Positions 29,465-45,609 of a DNA stretch of 64,000 nt are shown here, piece by piece. The translations under genes were made by a program, and so were the position numbers. The DNA is taken from assembly GCA_963663865.1 (NCBI GenBank), contig OY760686.1, positions 2,304,001 through 2,368,000 on the forward strand, written 5' to 3'. This DNA comes from Spirochaetota bacterium. GTDB taxonomy: Bacteria; Spirochaetota; UBA4802; UBA5550. The notes beneath the pieces were generated by a model. The model did no database searches. It was not told the origin of the DNA and saw only the letters and a program-made list of their open reading frames with translations. The stretch's first letter is position 1, and each line of letters begins with the position of its first letter.

Positions 29465-32400
29465 CGCCCTGCCTCCTCTTCATGCCTGATAACCGGTTCG
29501 AACACCTTCATGGCGGTTTCTGAAAATTCACGATATATTTCTTCGACTGAGACTCCCTTAAAAAGCCTTGTGATGTAAGGGTTCTCGGCCTCCCCTGTGG
29601 CAAAGAGATTCCCCTGCCAGGCAACTTCAGCGGCCTTGAGAGCGGCGCTCTCTACTGCATCTTCACAGGTGCGGCTTGAGGGGGAAATCATCTTTGAGGC
29701 GTAGACAAAAGATGTTTCGGGGAAAAAAGCGAGCGCCCTGCCGCAGCCGAGAGCAAACAGCCCGGCCAGCTCTTCAAGCAGTCCTGACGCGTTTTTAACC
29801 GGCTTATACCTGACGGCCCCATCCTTCCCTATAAAAACGGATTCACACTCATTGCCTGCCGCACAGGCGAAGAGGTGATCAATCCAGAGGCTTATTCTGT
29901 CTTTTACCTTCACCTTCGCGGGCCTGAATCTTACAATCTTGTCTCCGTAAACCGGCCTGATAATACCGCCGATACTGTACTTGCCGGCATTGAGCGTTGC
30001 GGATATTACCCGCTCCTCAGAGCCGGCAATCTCATTTCTGAAGGCTTCAACGATACGCGCTGATTCCTCCAGCGACTTCCTGAAAAGCAGCCCGCCGGGG
30101 GCACCCGAGGGAAGAATGCCCGCCGAGCGGTAAAGCGCCTCAGACGGCTCCTCTCCCGCTGCTATATCGCGGATCAGGCTTTCCTGCAGGCTGTAAACAG
30201 CGAGAGGCTCTTCCTCAAGCGGTTCAACATCTTCCTCTTTCTCCTCTTCCAGAGGGAAATACACGCCAAGCTGCCTCATCAAAAGATAACGGCTCGGGTT
30301 ATGAAAGAACTCTCTGATATGGCTGATGTTTAACTCGCCGATCTCAGGGGTTGAGCTCAACTCCCTGAGTGGAGGCAGCTCCCTTTCCTTTACAGACTGT
30401 ATTGAGCTGACTACCGGACAGAGATCAGAGCGGAAGCTCCTGAGTTCCGGGAATTCACCGCTGAAGTAATCGGGGCTAAAGGCCTGCATCCTGTGACTGA
30501 CAGCGACAGGAGCCAGAGTATCGTCCAGCTCGTACATGTTCTTAATGCAGTTAAGCAGCTCATCCACAACCGCCGACGGCAGCCTCATGGAGTTGTCTCT
30601 CGGACTCTGACCCGTATATGTAATGCAGAGACGCTCCCTTGCCGAAAGCACTGATTCCAGGAATAGGTAGCGGTCGCTCTCCCTCGGATTCCGGTCGCCC
30701 GGCTCAGGATTGAGCGCGAGCAAATCAAAGCCGAGGTAGGTTGACCTCTTCGGGAAATCACCGTCATTCATTCCCATCATGCAGATCACTCTGAACGGAA
30801 TACTTCTCAGAGGCAGCATGGAGCAGAAGGTTATTCCGCCCCGTATAAAGCCCCTTCCGCTGACAAGCTCCTCAAAGCGGTCAGAGAACAGATTTTTTAT
30901 TACAGCGAATTCAACTTCAGAATCAAAACCGCTGAGAGCCTCAATCTGGTCCAGAAAGGTTATCTGCCTTATCACATAGTCGACTCCTTCCTGGTTTTCT
31001 CCACGTCCGTCAAAGAGCCTGCCGGCGATATCAAGAAGGAAATGCTTCCACTCCTGAATGCTTCTCGACGCGGAAGCCGACCGGGTTATATCAATGAGCT
31101 CATCGGCAAAATGCAGAAAGCGCCCAAGCACGGCGGCCCTGTCTCCGTCAATTCCCTGCAGAGGATATATTCCCCTGTACAGCCTTCTGTCCCCTGAATC
31201 AGCCGCGTAACCGAGAATGATCCGTTCAATCCCAGCCCTCCACGTGTTCCGGTGCGGCTCGCTCAGGCCTGTCTCTTTCAGATGGCCGTCATCCGCGCCC
31301 CACCTTATCCCGGCCTCATAGGCGGCATCCCTCACCAGAGCTATATCGCCCTCCGAAATCCCAAATCTTGCGGATATTTGCGGCGCTTCCAACAGCGAGA
31401 TTACACGGGACAGCTCAAGCCTGCTTTCACAAAGCTCAAGCACCGCGACAAAAACGTCAGCGGCGCGGTTCTCAGCCCTTACGGACCTGTCAGCGATTGT
31501 GTAAGGGAACCTTTTCCCATCCTCCTGATTGGCGAAAACAGCGTCAATAAATGGCGCATAGCCATTGATGTCAGGAGTCAGCACCAGAACGTCTTTCGGC
31601 CTGAGGCTGCTGTCCCGGTTAAAGAGGCCGAGAAGATAATCGTGGAGGACTTCAGCTTCCCGCATCGGGCCGTGACAGCTTAAAAGCCTGACGGTGTTAT
31701 CTTCGGGATCAACAGTGTACTTATTAAATCCCTCTTCAGATGCAGGATCTTCCATGTCAAGTATGCTCTGCTGCAGCCTTGAAAGGATTGTCCCGTTATC
31801 CCTGTTATCTTCAAAGAGAAGGCTCTCTTCGATTTCATATTTATACAGGTTGGAGAAAAAGTTCCTGCCGGTCTTTCCCATCGAGGCCAGCAGGGGATTC
31901 CCCTGCTCAAAGTGGTAATCGCCAACATCGGCATTCTTCTTTTTCAGACGCCGGGCGAAGCGCGCAGACTCCCGGTCGGGGCGGATATCCCCCCAGTAAT
32001 AACGGCACGGATTCATCAGGTACATGTAGACCGGAACCGCCTTTGAGAGCTTCTCAAGAAGCGCAACGTAAAACTCGGGCAGCACTGATATTCCGAAAAC
32101 GCTGATGCGCTCAGGCAGCTCCTTTCCGGAATAGTCGGCAGCCAGAAGTTTTTCGATAAGCACCGCGCGGCTGGGAAACTCCGGATGCATGGAGATAACC
32201 TCACGCCATAGCCTGCCCTGCCATAGCTCCAATTCACGGCTTTTATCATAGTTCGAGGATGAGCTGTCAGAGTAAAAGAAATCACCGCTTTCCCACGCGG
32301 CGGTAAGTGCAGGCCTGTAGACAGCGTACTGATCGAACACGTCCGATATCTTTGCGGATAGCTGGTAAAGCTTAAGCTGCGAGCCGTCAACGTAGTCCCT

Positions 32401-32739
32401 TATCCGCTCGAAGCCGGGCTCATTCATGAGCCCGCCATCGAGCGCCTTCATGATCGACCACAAAAAGACCTTCTTGCCGAAAGGGTTTCTGTCCGTCCTC
32501 TCGGCGAAGACCGCCCCGGCGGCCATCGCCGAGAGTGAAGCCGGGGTTAAAAATTGAAAGCTGGCGAAGCTCCCATTAATCCGTGCAAGCTCAATGGAAA
32601 GCCACCTCTCCATTCCCGGTGTCTGAACGAGCAGTGTCTCAATTGAGAAATGTGAAAGCGGCGGATTCTTTTTGATCGTCTCCGCGCATTTTGAGGCAAG
32701 TACCTCAAGCTTGTTGCTTTCATATATTTTTAAAGCCAT
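29461..32739 (-). CDS. recC: Exodeoxyribonuclease V gamma subunit
   Basis: SNKLE, FDQY..YRP, NPCRYYWGD, NPLLASMGK, CHGPMREAE, RSIPFRVI; probable start MALK at 32739. Confidence 0.95.
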   Translation of the reverse strand: MALKIYESNKLEVLASKCAETIKKNPPLSHFSIETLLVQTPGMERWLSIELARINGSFASFQFLTPASLSAMAAGAVFAERTDRNPFGKKVFLWSIMKALDGGLMNEPGFERIRDYVDGSQLKLYQLSAKISDVFDQYAVYRPALTAAWESGDFFYSDSSSSNYDKSRELELWQGRLWREVISMHPEFPSRAVLIEKLLAADYSGKELPERISVFGISVLPEFYVALLEKLSKAVPVYMYLMNPCRYYWGDIRPDRESARFARRLKKKNADVGDYHFEQGNPLLASMGKTGRNFFSNLYKYEIEESLLFEDNRDNGTILSRLQQSILDMEDPASEEGFNKYTVDPEDNTVRLLSCHGPMREAEVLHDYLLGLFNRDSSLRPKDVLVLTPDINGYAPFIDAVFANQEDGKRFPYTIADRSVRAENRAADVFVAVLELCESRLELSRVISLLEAPQISARFGISEGDIALVRDAAYEAGIRWGADDGHLKETGLSEPHRNTWRAGIERIILGYAADSGDRRLYRGIYPLQGIDGDRAAVLGRFLHFADELIDITRSASASRSIQEWKHFLLDIAGRLFDGRGENQEGVDYVIRQITFLDQIEALSGFDSEVEFAVIKNLFSDRFEELVSGRGFIRGGITFCSMLPLRSIPFRVICMMGMNDGDFPKRSTYLGFDLLALNPEPGDRNPRESDRYLFLESVLSARERLCITYTGQSPRDNSMRLPSAVVDELLNCIKNMYELDDTLAPVAVSHRMQAFSPDYFSGEFPELRSFRSDLCPVVSSIQSVKERELPPLRELSSTPEIGELNISHIREFFHNPSRYLLMRQLGVYFPLEEEKEEDVEPLEEEPLAVYSLQESLIRDIAAGEEPSEALYRSAGILPSGAPGGLLFRKSLEESARIVEAFRNEIAGSEERVISATLNAGKYSIGGIIRPVYGDKIVRFRPAKVKVKDRISLWIDHLFACAAGNECESVFIGKDGAVRYKPVKNASGLLEELAGLFALGCGRALAFFPETSFVYASKMISPSSRTCEDAVESAALKAAEVAWQGNLFATGEAENPYITRLFKGVSVEEIYREFSETAMKVFEPVIRHEEEAGR

Positions 32740-33058
32740 TTGTACCCCTGCAGAAATGAGCTGTTTTGTCAAAAAAAGCGCTTCAAACCATGTATTTTAT
32801 CCTGACCTTCTTCCATGATTCACAGAAGTGACGTAAAAGATAGAGCTTTATCCTCCACCTTGAAAGAATAAGACTTCAGGAAGGCTAAGATACGGGGCAA
32901 ATGGGCATTTTCAAGCACTTATTCTTTAATATCTTATTATGAACTCAGACGACATAGCGCCCGTTTGGAGAAAAAATACCATGCAAAATATGCACTTTTT
33001 TGTTGCTTTTTCATTGCGTCTAAAATAGAATCATACTATCAAATCAAAGGAGGCTCCC

Positions 33059-33316
33059 ATGAAAAGGGCACTTGTTGTCGTTCTAATGTTTGCGGCGGCA
33101 AACGTCTACTCGGCCAATCTGGTGAACAAGGATTCAAAGAGATACGACATCTCAATCCAGACAGTCGGTACAACTCACACGTTCATAAGCGGAAGCACCA
33201 CAATGTCAAGCGGAGCGCCTGACGGTGCAACCATCAAAGTTAAGGACACGGGCTCCACAATCAAGGTCAGCGGAAGCAGCGATGTCATTATCAAAGACGG
33301 TAAACTCTCTCAGTAA
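33059..33316 (+). CDS. Small secreted beta-rich protein
   Basis: AGGAGG RBS, signal peptide, LVNKDS...Y. Confidence 0.75.
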   Translation: MKRALVVVLMFAAANVYSANLVNKDSKRYDISIQTVGTTHTFISGSTTMSSGAPDGATIKVKDTGSTIKVSGSSDVIIKDGKLSQ

Positions 33317-33365
33317 ATCTTTTACTGTAATTGCCGCTCTTACACTCAGCAAGGCGGCAATTACA

Positions 33366-34175
33366 TCATGTGTATGCCGCATGCCTCCCGAGCTTCAAAA
33401 TCCTCACAGCACCCCTCAGCACCAGAGCAAATATAATGACTCCAACAATCAGATCCGGCACGGGCGACTCAAAGACCATTACGAGTATCCCCGCAAATAT
33501 GACCCCCGCGTTCGCTATAACGTCATTCGATGTGCAGATGACGCTTGCCTTAATATGTACACCTCCACTTGCGGATCTGTTTAAAAGCGCCAATGACAGC
33601 GCATTCGCGGCGAGAGCCAGCCCCGAAACAAGAAGCATCGTGAATGTATCAGGGACTGTTTCAGAACCGGCCGCCCTTCGAACAACCTCGCCAAAACCGG
33701 CTACAGCCAGAACGGCCTGCATCACTCCCACAAGTCTGGCGACTCTCATCCTGGCATGATGTGACGAGGCTACCACAATAAGGCTTAACATATAGACAAA
33801 AGCATCCGCAAGCATGTCGAGTGAGTCCGCTACTAAACCCATTGAATCTGCTAATATTCCGAAAAGCATCTCGATAATAAAAAACAAAAAATTAATCGAA
33901 AATACAGTGATCAGAATTCTGCGGTCAGCGGACTCATCCTCCGGAACAAAGCTCCCGTCAGAATCTTCTGTATTTATCAACCTTGATTCAAGCTGTAAAT
34001 CGTCGATGCTCTTTTCGACCGCGTCAACGCTTCCCGTGTGATATACATACAGTTCCCTTGATTCCAGAATGAATTTCAACTTTTTAACTTCAGGTAATTC
34101 CCCGAGTCTTAACCGGAGAAGCTCAACCTCTGATGAGCAATCCATTTTTGATATATAGAAACGACTTATGAACAT
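33366..34175 (-). CDS. Cation transporter (CDF-like) with N-terminal HMA-like domain
   Basis: MDCSSE; LVADSLDMLADA; SNDVIAN; PDL. Confidence 0.85.
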   Translation of the reverse strand: MFISRFYISKMDCSSEVELLRLRLGELPEVKKLKFILESRELYVYHTGSVDAVEKSIDDLQLESRLINTEDSDGSFVPEDESADRRILITVFSINFLFFIIEMLFGILADSMGLVADSLDMLADAFVYMLSLIVVASSHHARMRVARLVGVMQAVLAVAGFGEVVRRAAGSETVPDTFTMLLVSGLALAANALSLALLNRSASGGVHIKASVICTSNDVIANAGVIFAGILVMVFESPVPDLIVGVIIFALVLRGAVRILKLGRHAAYT

Positions 34176-34340
34176 CTGAATTATACCTCCCAGTATATAT
34201 TCAATATGTAACTATATCGTGCCCTGTGTTTGAGATAGTCTGTTTAACACAATATCCTAAAAGAATCAATTCAGAAACATTTTAATTGACATTACGCGTA
34301 GTTGGCATAGCGTAATAAACAACGACATGGAGGAAACGCA

Positions 34341-35234
34341 TTGGATAAAACAGAGGTACTCATTATTGGACAGGGCCCGGCTGGGCTTTCAGCGGCAATA
34401 TATACGGGAAGGGCCGGCATTAAAACAGAGATTCTGGGATGCAATCCCAAGGTGGCCGGCGATTATGACATAGATAACTACTTCGGCTTTCCTGAGACTG
34501 TTTCCGGGAAAGAGCTTCTCGATCTCGGCCTGAAACAGGCCCTCCGCTTCGGAGCTCATACAGAATGCGACCGGGTGGTTTCCATTCACTATGGTGAAAG
34601 CGGAGGCTTTACCGTAAAGACAGAGACAAAGAAAATTGAAACATGCAGCATTATTCTATCAACCGGCCTCTCTCGGAAAAAGGCGCCTATTCCGGGACTC
34701 GAAAAGTTCGAGGGTAAGGGCATTTCATACTGCGTAAGCTGCGACGGCTTCTTCTTCAAAAACAAAAAGGTAGTAGTGGCCGGTGAAGGCAATTACGCTG
34801 CCAACCAGGCGCTTGAACTCCACGAGTACACAAACGATGTCACTATCTGCACGCTCGGAAAAAAGACAGCGATATCTCAGGAGTTCATGGACAGGCTTGA
34901 CATCCATGGAATCAAGATTATTGAAGACAGTATTCTCAATCTTGAGGGGGATGATAACCTGTCCGGGATTGTTTACTCAGGCATCGGTGCGGCGCCGGCT
35001 GACGGCATCTTCATCGCCCTTGGAGAGGCGTCATCGCTTGACTTCGCGGCGAGCCTTGGACTCTTCACGAAGGACGGCTTCATAACCGTAGACCGCGACA
35101 TGAAGACAAACATACCCGGCATCTTCGCGGCAGGCGACTGCACCGGAGGCTTTCTGCAGATAAGTAAAGCCGTAGGCGAAGGCGCTGTTGCGGCCAAATC
35201 AGCGATAGATTTTATCAGAGAAACCTGCCGCTGA
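34341..35234 (+). CDS. Thioredoxin-reductase-like FAD/NAD(P) oxidoreductase
   Basis: GQGPAG, GISYCVSCDG, FAAGDC. Confidence 0.9.
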   Translation: MDKTEVLIIGQGPAGLSAAIYTGRAGIKTEILGCNPKVAGDYDIDNYFGFPETVSGKELLDLGLKQALRFGAHTECDRVVSIHYGESGGFTVKTETKKIETCSIILSTGLSRKKAPIPGLEKFEGKGISYCVSCDGFFFKNKKVVVAGEGNYAANQALELHEYTNDVTICTLGKKTAISQEFMDRLDIHGIKIIEDSILNLEGDDNLSGIVYSGIGAAPADGIFIALGEASSLDFAASLGLFTKDGFITVDRDMKTNIPGIFAAGDCTGGFLQISKAVGEGAVAAKSAIDFIRETCR

Positions 35235-35297
35235 GGGCTTGCCTTTTTCCCTCCCGGTTGTTATCTTCTCTAATCATGGCAGCAGGGGAGGGAAAAT

Positions 35298-35750
35298 ATG
35301 AAAGGGCAGAAGATCATCGACTACCTCAGAAGCCACAGAGTCAATTTCGAGGAGATCAATCACCCGGAAACCTACACGGCCCAGAAGACCGCGAAGCTAA
35401 TGCACATACCCGGCAGAGAGGTGGCAAAACCGGTCATGGTGAAGATTGACGGGAAGCTCGTTATGTTTGTTCTTTCTGCAAACGAACGCATAAGCGCTCA
35501 CAAGCTGAAGGAGCTATTCGGCGCTTCCGAAGTCAGCCTTGCCAGCGAAAGCGAATTTTGCGGTATCTTCAGAGACTGCGAATCAGGAGCGATGCCGCCC
35601 TTCGGCAACCTTTACGGCGTCGATGAGTATGTTTCTGAGACACTCTCGAAGGACAGCTCGATCGTTTTCAATGCCGGCACCCATTCCAAGCTTATCAGAA
35701 TGAACTTTGCCGACTTCCAGAAGCTTGTTTCGCCGAAGCTGGTTAATCTC

Positions 35751-35765
<15 letters not shown>
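35298..35765 (+). CDS. YbaK/EbsC family aminoacyl-tRNA deacylase
   Basis: VAKPV, GAMPPFG, FNAGTH. Confidence 0.9.
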
Positions 35766-40359
<4,594 letters not shown>

Positions 40360-40476
40360 AGTTAACCCGAAAATAAAGTGAATACTCCATTAGTGTATTC
40401 TTCCCGCTCGTATTGAGGTCAAGTAATATTCCGCGTGGGAAATATCAGCTTTTTCGTAAAAGATTTTGTAATTCTG

Positions 40477-40505
40477 TTGACAGCTTTTAGTGATGTCACT
40501 ACTCT
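40477..40505 (+). promoter_or_regulatory. Sigma70 promoter of the tRNA pair
   Basis: TTGACA-N17-TACTCT about 10 nt before the first tRNA. Confidence 0.7.
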
Positions 40506-40515
40506 GACCTTACAT

Positions 40516-40588
<73 letters not shown>

Positions 40589-40606
40589 ATTTGCCTCATC
40601 AGAAAT

Positions 40607-40680
40607 GGCGGAGTAGCTCAGTTGGTTAGAGCACACGGCTCATATCCGTGGCGTCGGGGGTTCGATTCCCTCCTCCGCTA
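40607..40680 (+). tRNA. tRNA-Met (CAT), probably elongator (Ile2 not excluded)
   Basis: ggcggag acceptor stem, agctcagttggttagagc D arm, cacgg-ctcatat-ccgtg anticodon arm, ttcgatt T loop. Confidence 0.92.
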
Positions 40681-40784
40681 ATTTTTTTGATACCTTCCTC
40701 TTTTTTTGTCAATTTTATCCACAAAAACACTCATTCCTTTTGAAGTTTCGCATTCTGTTAATCAATCAAAAGGAGTAGTAAGTT

Positions 40785-43091
40785 ATGAAGAGAAAATTCT
40801 CAGTATCTACTTTTCTGCTTTTAGCAGCAGTTCTGCTAAATTTAGGCTGCGGTGATGACAGCGGCCAGAGCAGTACAAAAACAAGATATGAAGCAGATCT
40901 TTCCTTAAACGCCCAAGAAGAGATAGCCCTCTTCAACGATCTGATTGACAGCTACAGAAACTGCACGGAGGAAGAGCTGTATCAGATGTACCCCGCCGCT
41001 GAATATGGGCAGAGTCCTTCGTACAGCGCCGATGATGTTCTCTACCTGACATCAAACAATGTCGGATCCGGAGTTGATGCTGAAACAGCCTTCGATATGA
41101 CTCCAGAGGTAAAATCTGCTGTTCTCAACAAAGGCTTTGCCGTGGACGGCTCTCAGCGTTTCAATAACCCGCTGTCAATCTACAGAAAGGTATTTAAAAA
41201 CGACCTCCCGGTCCTAATAACCACTGACTCCATCCTTCATGCGTGGCATAAATCCTATGACGACATGCTCAAGGAGATTGAAACCTATCTGCTGACAGAG
41301 ACTCTCGCAAACTATATCTCTGAAATCAGGTCGTCAATCCCGGAGAGCTTATCGAACAACACTGAAAAAGAGGTCTATCGTGACATAGACGTTCTCTTCT
41401 CGGTTACCTTCGCCCTTCTGGGAAAAACTGCGGAACCATACGCGGTAATGTCAGAAAATGAGGACTTTGTTAATGAATTAACAACAAAATGCCTCAAGGC
41501 TGAAGGGGCTGAAGATATTGAAATATTTGGAGAAAAAAGAAAACAGTTTGATTTCACTATGTTTAAACCAAGGGGACACTATACAGAAAGCGAAGTGCTT
41601 TCAAACTATTTCAGGGCCGTGACATGGCTCGGCCGGATGAACTTAATGGTCTTTGACTCGCCGAGGCAGTTTCGAATGGCACAGGTCCTTTCGACCATGC
41701 TTCCGGAGGAAAGCCGGAGGCTTCAGGGCATCAAAGAGATGGACAATCTTCTGGGAGCGCTTGTCGGACCCAACGACTCCATGACCCCCATGGAGATGCG
41801 TATTTTTTCAACTGATCACTCCATCGAATCAGCGCATAAGCTTGATGCTGAAGAGATTTCTTTTCTTCAGGGTTAACTCAAAAAAGAAGGCTATGGACAA
41901 CAGCTTATTATATCACAGTATCTTAATACCAACCCCTGGTCCTCTGAACCGCAGGAGTACCCTTTATCCTTCACTGTCCTCGGCCCGCGTTACACAGTTG
42001 ACTCAGAGGTCTTCTCAAACGTGGTCTATGACAGAATAATTGTCGACGGTGAAAAAATTAAGCGCGCTCTTCCGGCCGCGTTTGACGCCATGTTTGCTTT
42101 AGGGGACAATCTGGCCCTTGAGTTGCTTTCCGACGAGCTGGACAGATACAACTATTCCGGAAACCTCGCCAGCATGAGAAAGATAATTGAAACACACGAT
42201 GAAGCCTTCTGGGCAGGAAGCGTATATCACAGCGCTCTTAAAAATCTGGATAACACCAGGACTATTTCAGAAAGTGCGCCCGCTGTTTTCCAGCAGAAGC
42301 CCTGGGCAATGAAGATGCTCTCCACACGTCTCGGTTTCTGGTCACAGCTCAGGCACGACAACATGCTATATATAAAACAATCTTTTTCCGGTGGCTACGT
42401 ATGCGAATATCCGGATGGCTATGTCGAGCCGTATCCCGATTTTTACAGGGGCCTTGCTGAAATGTCGCAGAAACTGAAAACAGTTTTGGAGGGCTACCTG
42501 GCTGCTGTTGATCTTTCACATTCAGCTTCTTCATACGATTCTCCTGAAAGAGTTAAGACCCGGCTATTACAATATCTCTCCAATGTGTCTTCAGCATGCA
42601 ACACCCTTGAATCCATTTCACAGAAAGAACTCAAGGGAGAAACACTTGATTCAGACGAAACGGCTTTTATTAAAAACTGGTACAGGGAAGAATCGTTTAA
42701 CAACTGTGTTCCTTCTACATCGTATTCGGGTGAATACTTCAAAATGTATTACAGCACCTATACTGGAGAAGTTTGGATGAATTCTAATCAAGATCCATTT
42801 TTCTTTAACTTCGAACCTGAAATAGCTGACGTACACACTTGTCCTGAAAGCCCTTCCTTCCCTTTTAAGGTCCTTAGTGTAGCAACCGGAGGGGCTCTCC
42901 CCATATTCGCAGCTGTTGAAAACCCTCTGGGCGATGTTGTCCTGTACACCGGGGCTGTCTACGATTACTACGAGTTTTCTGACGGCAAGCGCTACAGCGA
43001 CGAGGAATGGGAAAGCCTTTTTGAATCGGGAACAGTCCCGGACAAGCCTTCGTGGATGAATGACTCAGAGGGAGGTTACATCACCTACTGA
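40785..43091 (+). pseudogene. DUF3160-family lipoprotein with an in-frame TAA at 41874-41876
   Basis: Lipobox NLGC; ITTDSILH, FKPRGHY, QLRHD, GYVEP, IADVHT; after the stop the same frame continues LKKEGYGQQLIISQYL, matching the paralog. Confidence 0.85.
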
Positions 43092-43143
43092 GTTTAACGA
43101 TATATCTTCCGGCATTGCCGTCCCGAAAGGGGCGGCATTTTTT
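42885..43143 (+). repeat. 259-bp direct repeat, copy 1 (3' end of DUF3160 gene plus terminator)
   Basis: Identical by eye to 45403-45661; offset 2518 bp. Confidence 0.9.
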
Positions 43144-43145
43144 TT
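43116..43145 (+). terminator. Rho-independent terminator
   Basis: tgccgtccc-gaaa-ggggcggca followed by T8. Confidence 0.85.
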
Positions 43146-43242
43146 CAAAACATCAAATTTCTTTGTCATTTTCACCCACGAAACAACACATAGTTGTAAA
43201 GAAGTACACTTTCCATACCTATAAATCAGAGAGGAGAAACAG

Positions 43243-45609
43243 ATGAAAACTGTAAAATTTTCTTTCCTTTTGGTTTTATTTCCAATACTATTTCTAAACG
43301 GCTGCAACAACTCTGACAAAACGGTTACCAATCCGGATCCTATGGTAAATGATACCGCGGGACAGAATGATGAAGCAGCATATAAAGATGACGAATCTGC
43401 CTATTCTGCCATGAACTCATCCTTCACTGTTACCAAAGATCAGCTCTCCGAAAACGCACAGAATGAAATCACAGGGTTTAGTGATTTTATTGACTCCTAC
43501 AGAAACCTCACAAAATCAGAGATTGACGAGATGTACCCTGTTCCAGGCTATTCCGAAGCACCGTCATACAACGAGGACGATATTTTATACTTAACATCCA
43601 ACAGTACAGCCAGCGGTGTTGACGCTGAAACAGCATTCGATATGACACCTGAAGTGAAATCAGCAATTCTGAGCAGGGGGTTTGCAGTAGATGGGGGGCA
43701 AATACATAACAACCCGCTTTCCATTTACAAGAAGGTATTCCAGAATGACCTGCCGGTTCTTGTGACCACAGATGCGGTCCTTCATGCATGGCACAAATCA
43801 TACGCCGATATGCTCGAAGATATTGACAATGGTCTTTCATACAAACTTGAAGATGGATTGAATGAATTACGTTCAGCAATACCGGATGAATTTTCCAGCG
43901 ATGAAGAATACCTTGCCTATCTCGACATTGACCTTCTTATTTCTACTGCATCAGCACTTCTTAATCCGAGCTCTGGCACCTATGCAGTTTTAAGTGAAAA
44001 TATTAATAAAATTGATTCCTTTATCAGCAAATGTACAAACGCAGAAGATACTGACGATGTTTATGCTTTCGGCCAGATTCGTAAAAATTTTGATTTCACA
44101 AACTTTAAACCAAGAGGATATTACACAAACTCAGAAAGGCTCTCAAACTACTTCAGGGCATTCACCTGGCTAAGCTCCATGGACATCAGGGTTTACGACT
44201 CTGTCAGGCAGTTCAGGATGGCACAGACACTTTCCAAAATGCTTTCTGCAAATGAAACAGCATATTCTAACATTCATGCAATTAACACTGTGTTGAACAG
44301 CCTTGTCGGCCCTGTAGATGCAATGACTCCATTTGAAATGATCACATTCTCCGAAGAGCACTCAATATCATCATCTATCGATATGTCAGATGATGATATA
44401 CTGGCACTTCAGAAAACACTTCTTACTGAAGGCTACGGCCAGCAGCAGATTATCTCTCAATACCTTGAGACAAATCCATTCAGTGACAAAACTGAAGAGT
44501 ACCCCATGAGCTTTGTTTTTCTTGGAAAGAGATACACTGTAGACTCCGAAGTCTTTTCAAATGTTGTCTATGACAGAATAATATATAACGATAAAAAGGT
44601 TGCCAGGATGCTGCCGTCTTCGTTTGACGCTATGTTCGCCCTTGGTGATAATCTTTCACTTGAGCTTCTCTCAGAAGAACTTGATACCTTTAACTATGCA
44701 GGCAACCTTGCAGCGATGAGAAAAATCATTGAGACAAAGGATGATGACTTCTGGTCAGAAAGCCAATATCACGCAACATTAAAAAATCTGGAAAAATTAA
44801 GATCAACCTCCGAAAGTGCCCCTCAGGTTTTCAGACAGAAGACATGGGCTAAGAAAATGCTGGCCGCACAGCTCGGATACTGGTCTCAACTTCGACATGA
44901 TAACATACTATATGTCAAACAATCCTCTTCAGGTGGGTATTTATGCGAGTACCCTGACGGTTATGTTGAACCATATCCTGAATTTTACACAGGAATGGCC
45001 AATTTGTGCAGTCTATTAAAAGATATTTTTGATGAGAATGAAATATCGGATCTCAATACTTCTTTCCTGGATAATTTCAGTTCATTATGCCTGACCCTTG
45101 CCTCAATATCTGAAAAAGAATTAGCCGGAGAAACATTATCGGAAACTGAAACATCATTTCTGCAAAGCTGGTTCAAAGAGGAACCTATTTCAAATTGTGT
45201 TCCCACAACCCGCTACACTGGGAAATATTTCCAAATGTATTATTCAATTCAGAAATACATGTATAGCTACAGTGCAGGAAATGATTATTATTATGATTAC
45301 ATGGGAGAAAACCCGCCATTTTTCGACCTCGAACCGGAAATAGCAGACGTTCATACATGTCCTGAAAGCAATCTGAGTCCTCTGGAAATACTCAGCGTTG
45401 CTACCGGAGGGGCTCTCCCCATATTCGCAGCTGTTGAAAACCCTCTGGGCGATGTTGTCCTGTACACCGGGGCTGTCTACGATTACTACGAGTTTTCTGA
45501 CGGCAAGCGCTACAGCGACGAGGAATGGGAAAGCCTTTTTGAATCGGGAACAGTCCCGGACAAGCCTTCGTGGATGAATGACTCAGAGGGAGGTTACATC
45601 ACCTACTGA
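43243..45609 (+). CDS. DUF3160-family lipoprotein (intact paralog)
   Basis: Lipobox LNGC; VTTDAVLH, FKPRGYY, QLRHDNILYVKQ, GYVEP, IADVHT, YDYYEF. Confidence 0.9.
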   Translation: MKTVKFSFLLVLFPILFLNGCNNSDKTVTNPDPMVNDTAGQNDEAAYKDDESAYSAMNSSFTVTKDQLSENAQNEITGFSDFIDSYRNLTKSEIDEMYPVPGYSEAPSYNEDDILYLTSNSTASGVDAETAFDMTPEVKSAILSRGFAVDGGQIHNNPLSIYKKVFQNDLPVLVTTDAVLHAWHKSYADMLEDIDNGLSYKLEDGLNELRSAIPDEFSSDEEYLAYLDIDLLISTASALLNPSSGTYAVLSENINKIDSFISKCTNAEDTDDVYAFGQIRKNFDFTNFKPRGYYTNSERLSNYFRAFTWLSSMDIRVYDSVRQFRMAQTLSKMLSANETAYSNIHAINTVLNSLVGPVDAMTPFEMITFSEEHSISSSIDMSDDDILALQKTLLTEGYGQQQIISQYLETNPFSDKTEEYPMSFVFLGKRYTVDSEVFSNVVYDRIIYNDKKVARMLPSSFDAMFALGDNLSLELLSEELDTFNYAGNLAAMRKIIETKDDDFWSESQYHATLKNLEKLRSTSESAPQVFRQKTWAKKMLAAQLGYWSQLRHDNILYVKQSSSGGYLCEYPDGYVEPYPEFYTGMANLCSLLKDIFDENEISDLNTSFLDNFSSLCLTLASISEKELAGETLSETETSFLQSWFKEEPISNCVPTTRYTGKYFQMYYSIQKYMYSYSAGNDYYYDYMGENPPFFDLEPEIADVHTCPESNLSPLEILSVATGGALPIFAAVENPLGDVVLYTGAVYDYYEFSDGKRYSDEEWESLFESGTVPDKPSWMNDSEGGYITY

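Noticed and set aside
24315-32739. recCBD as a novel nuclease-helicase defence system
   Set aside because: Canonical RecBCD motifs, sizes and gene order.
32785-32895. Imperfect direct repeat (tttatcct..acctt) and a loose long hairpin upstream of recC
   Set aside because: Pairing is weak and there are no SRP, 6S or riboswitch consensus features; it cannot be separated from chance by eye.
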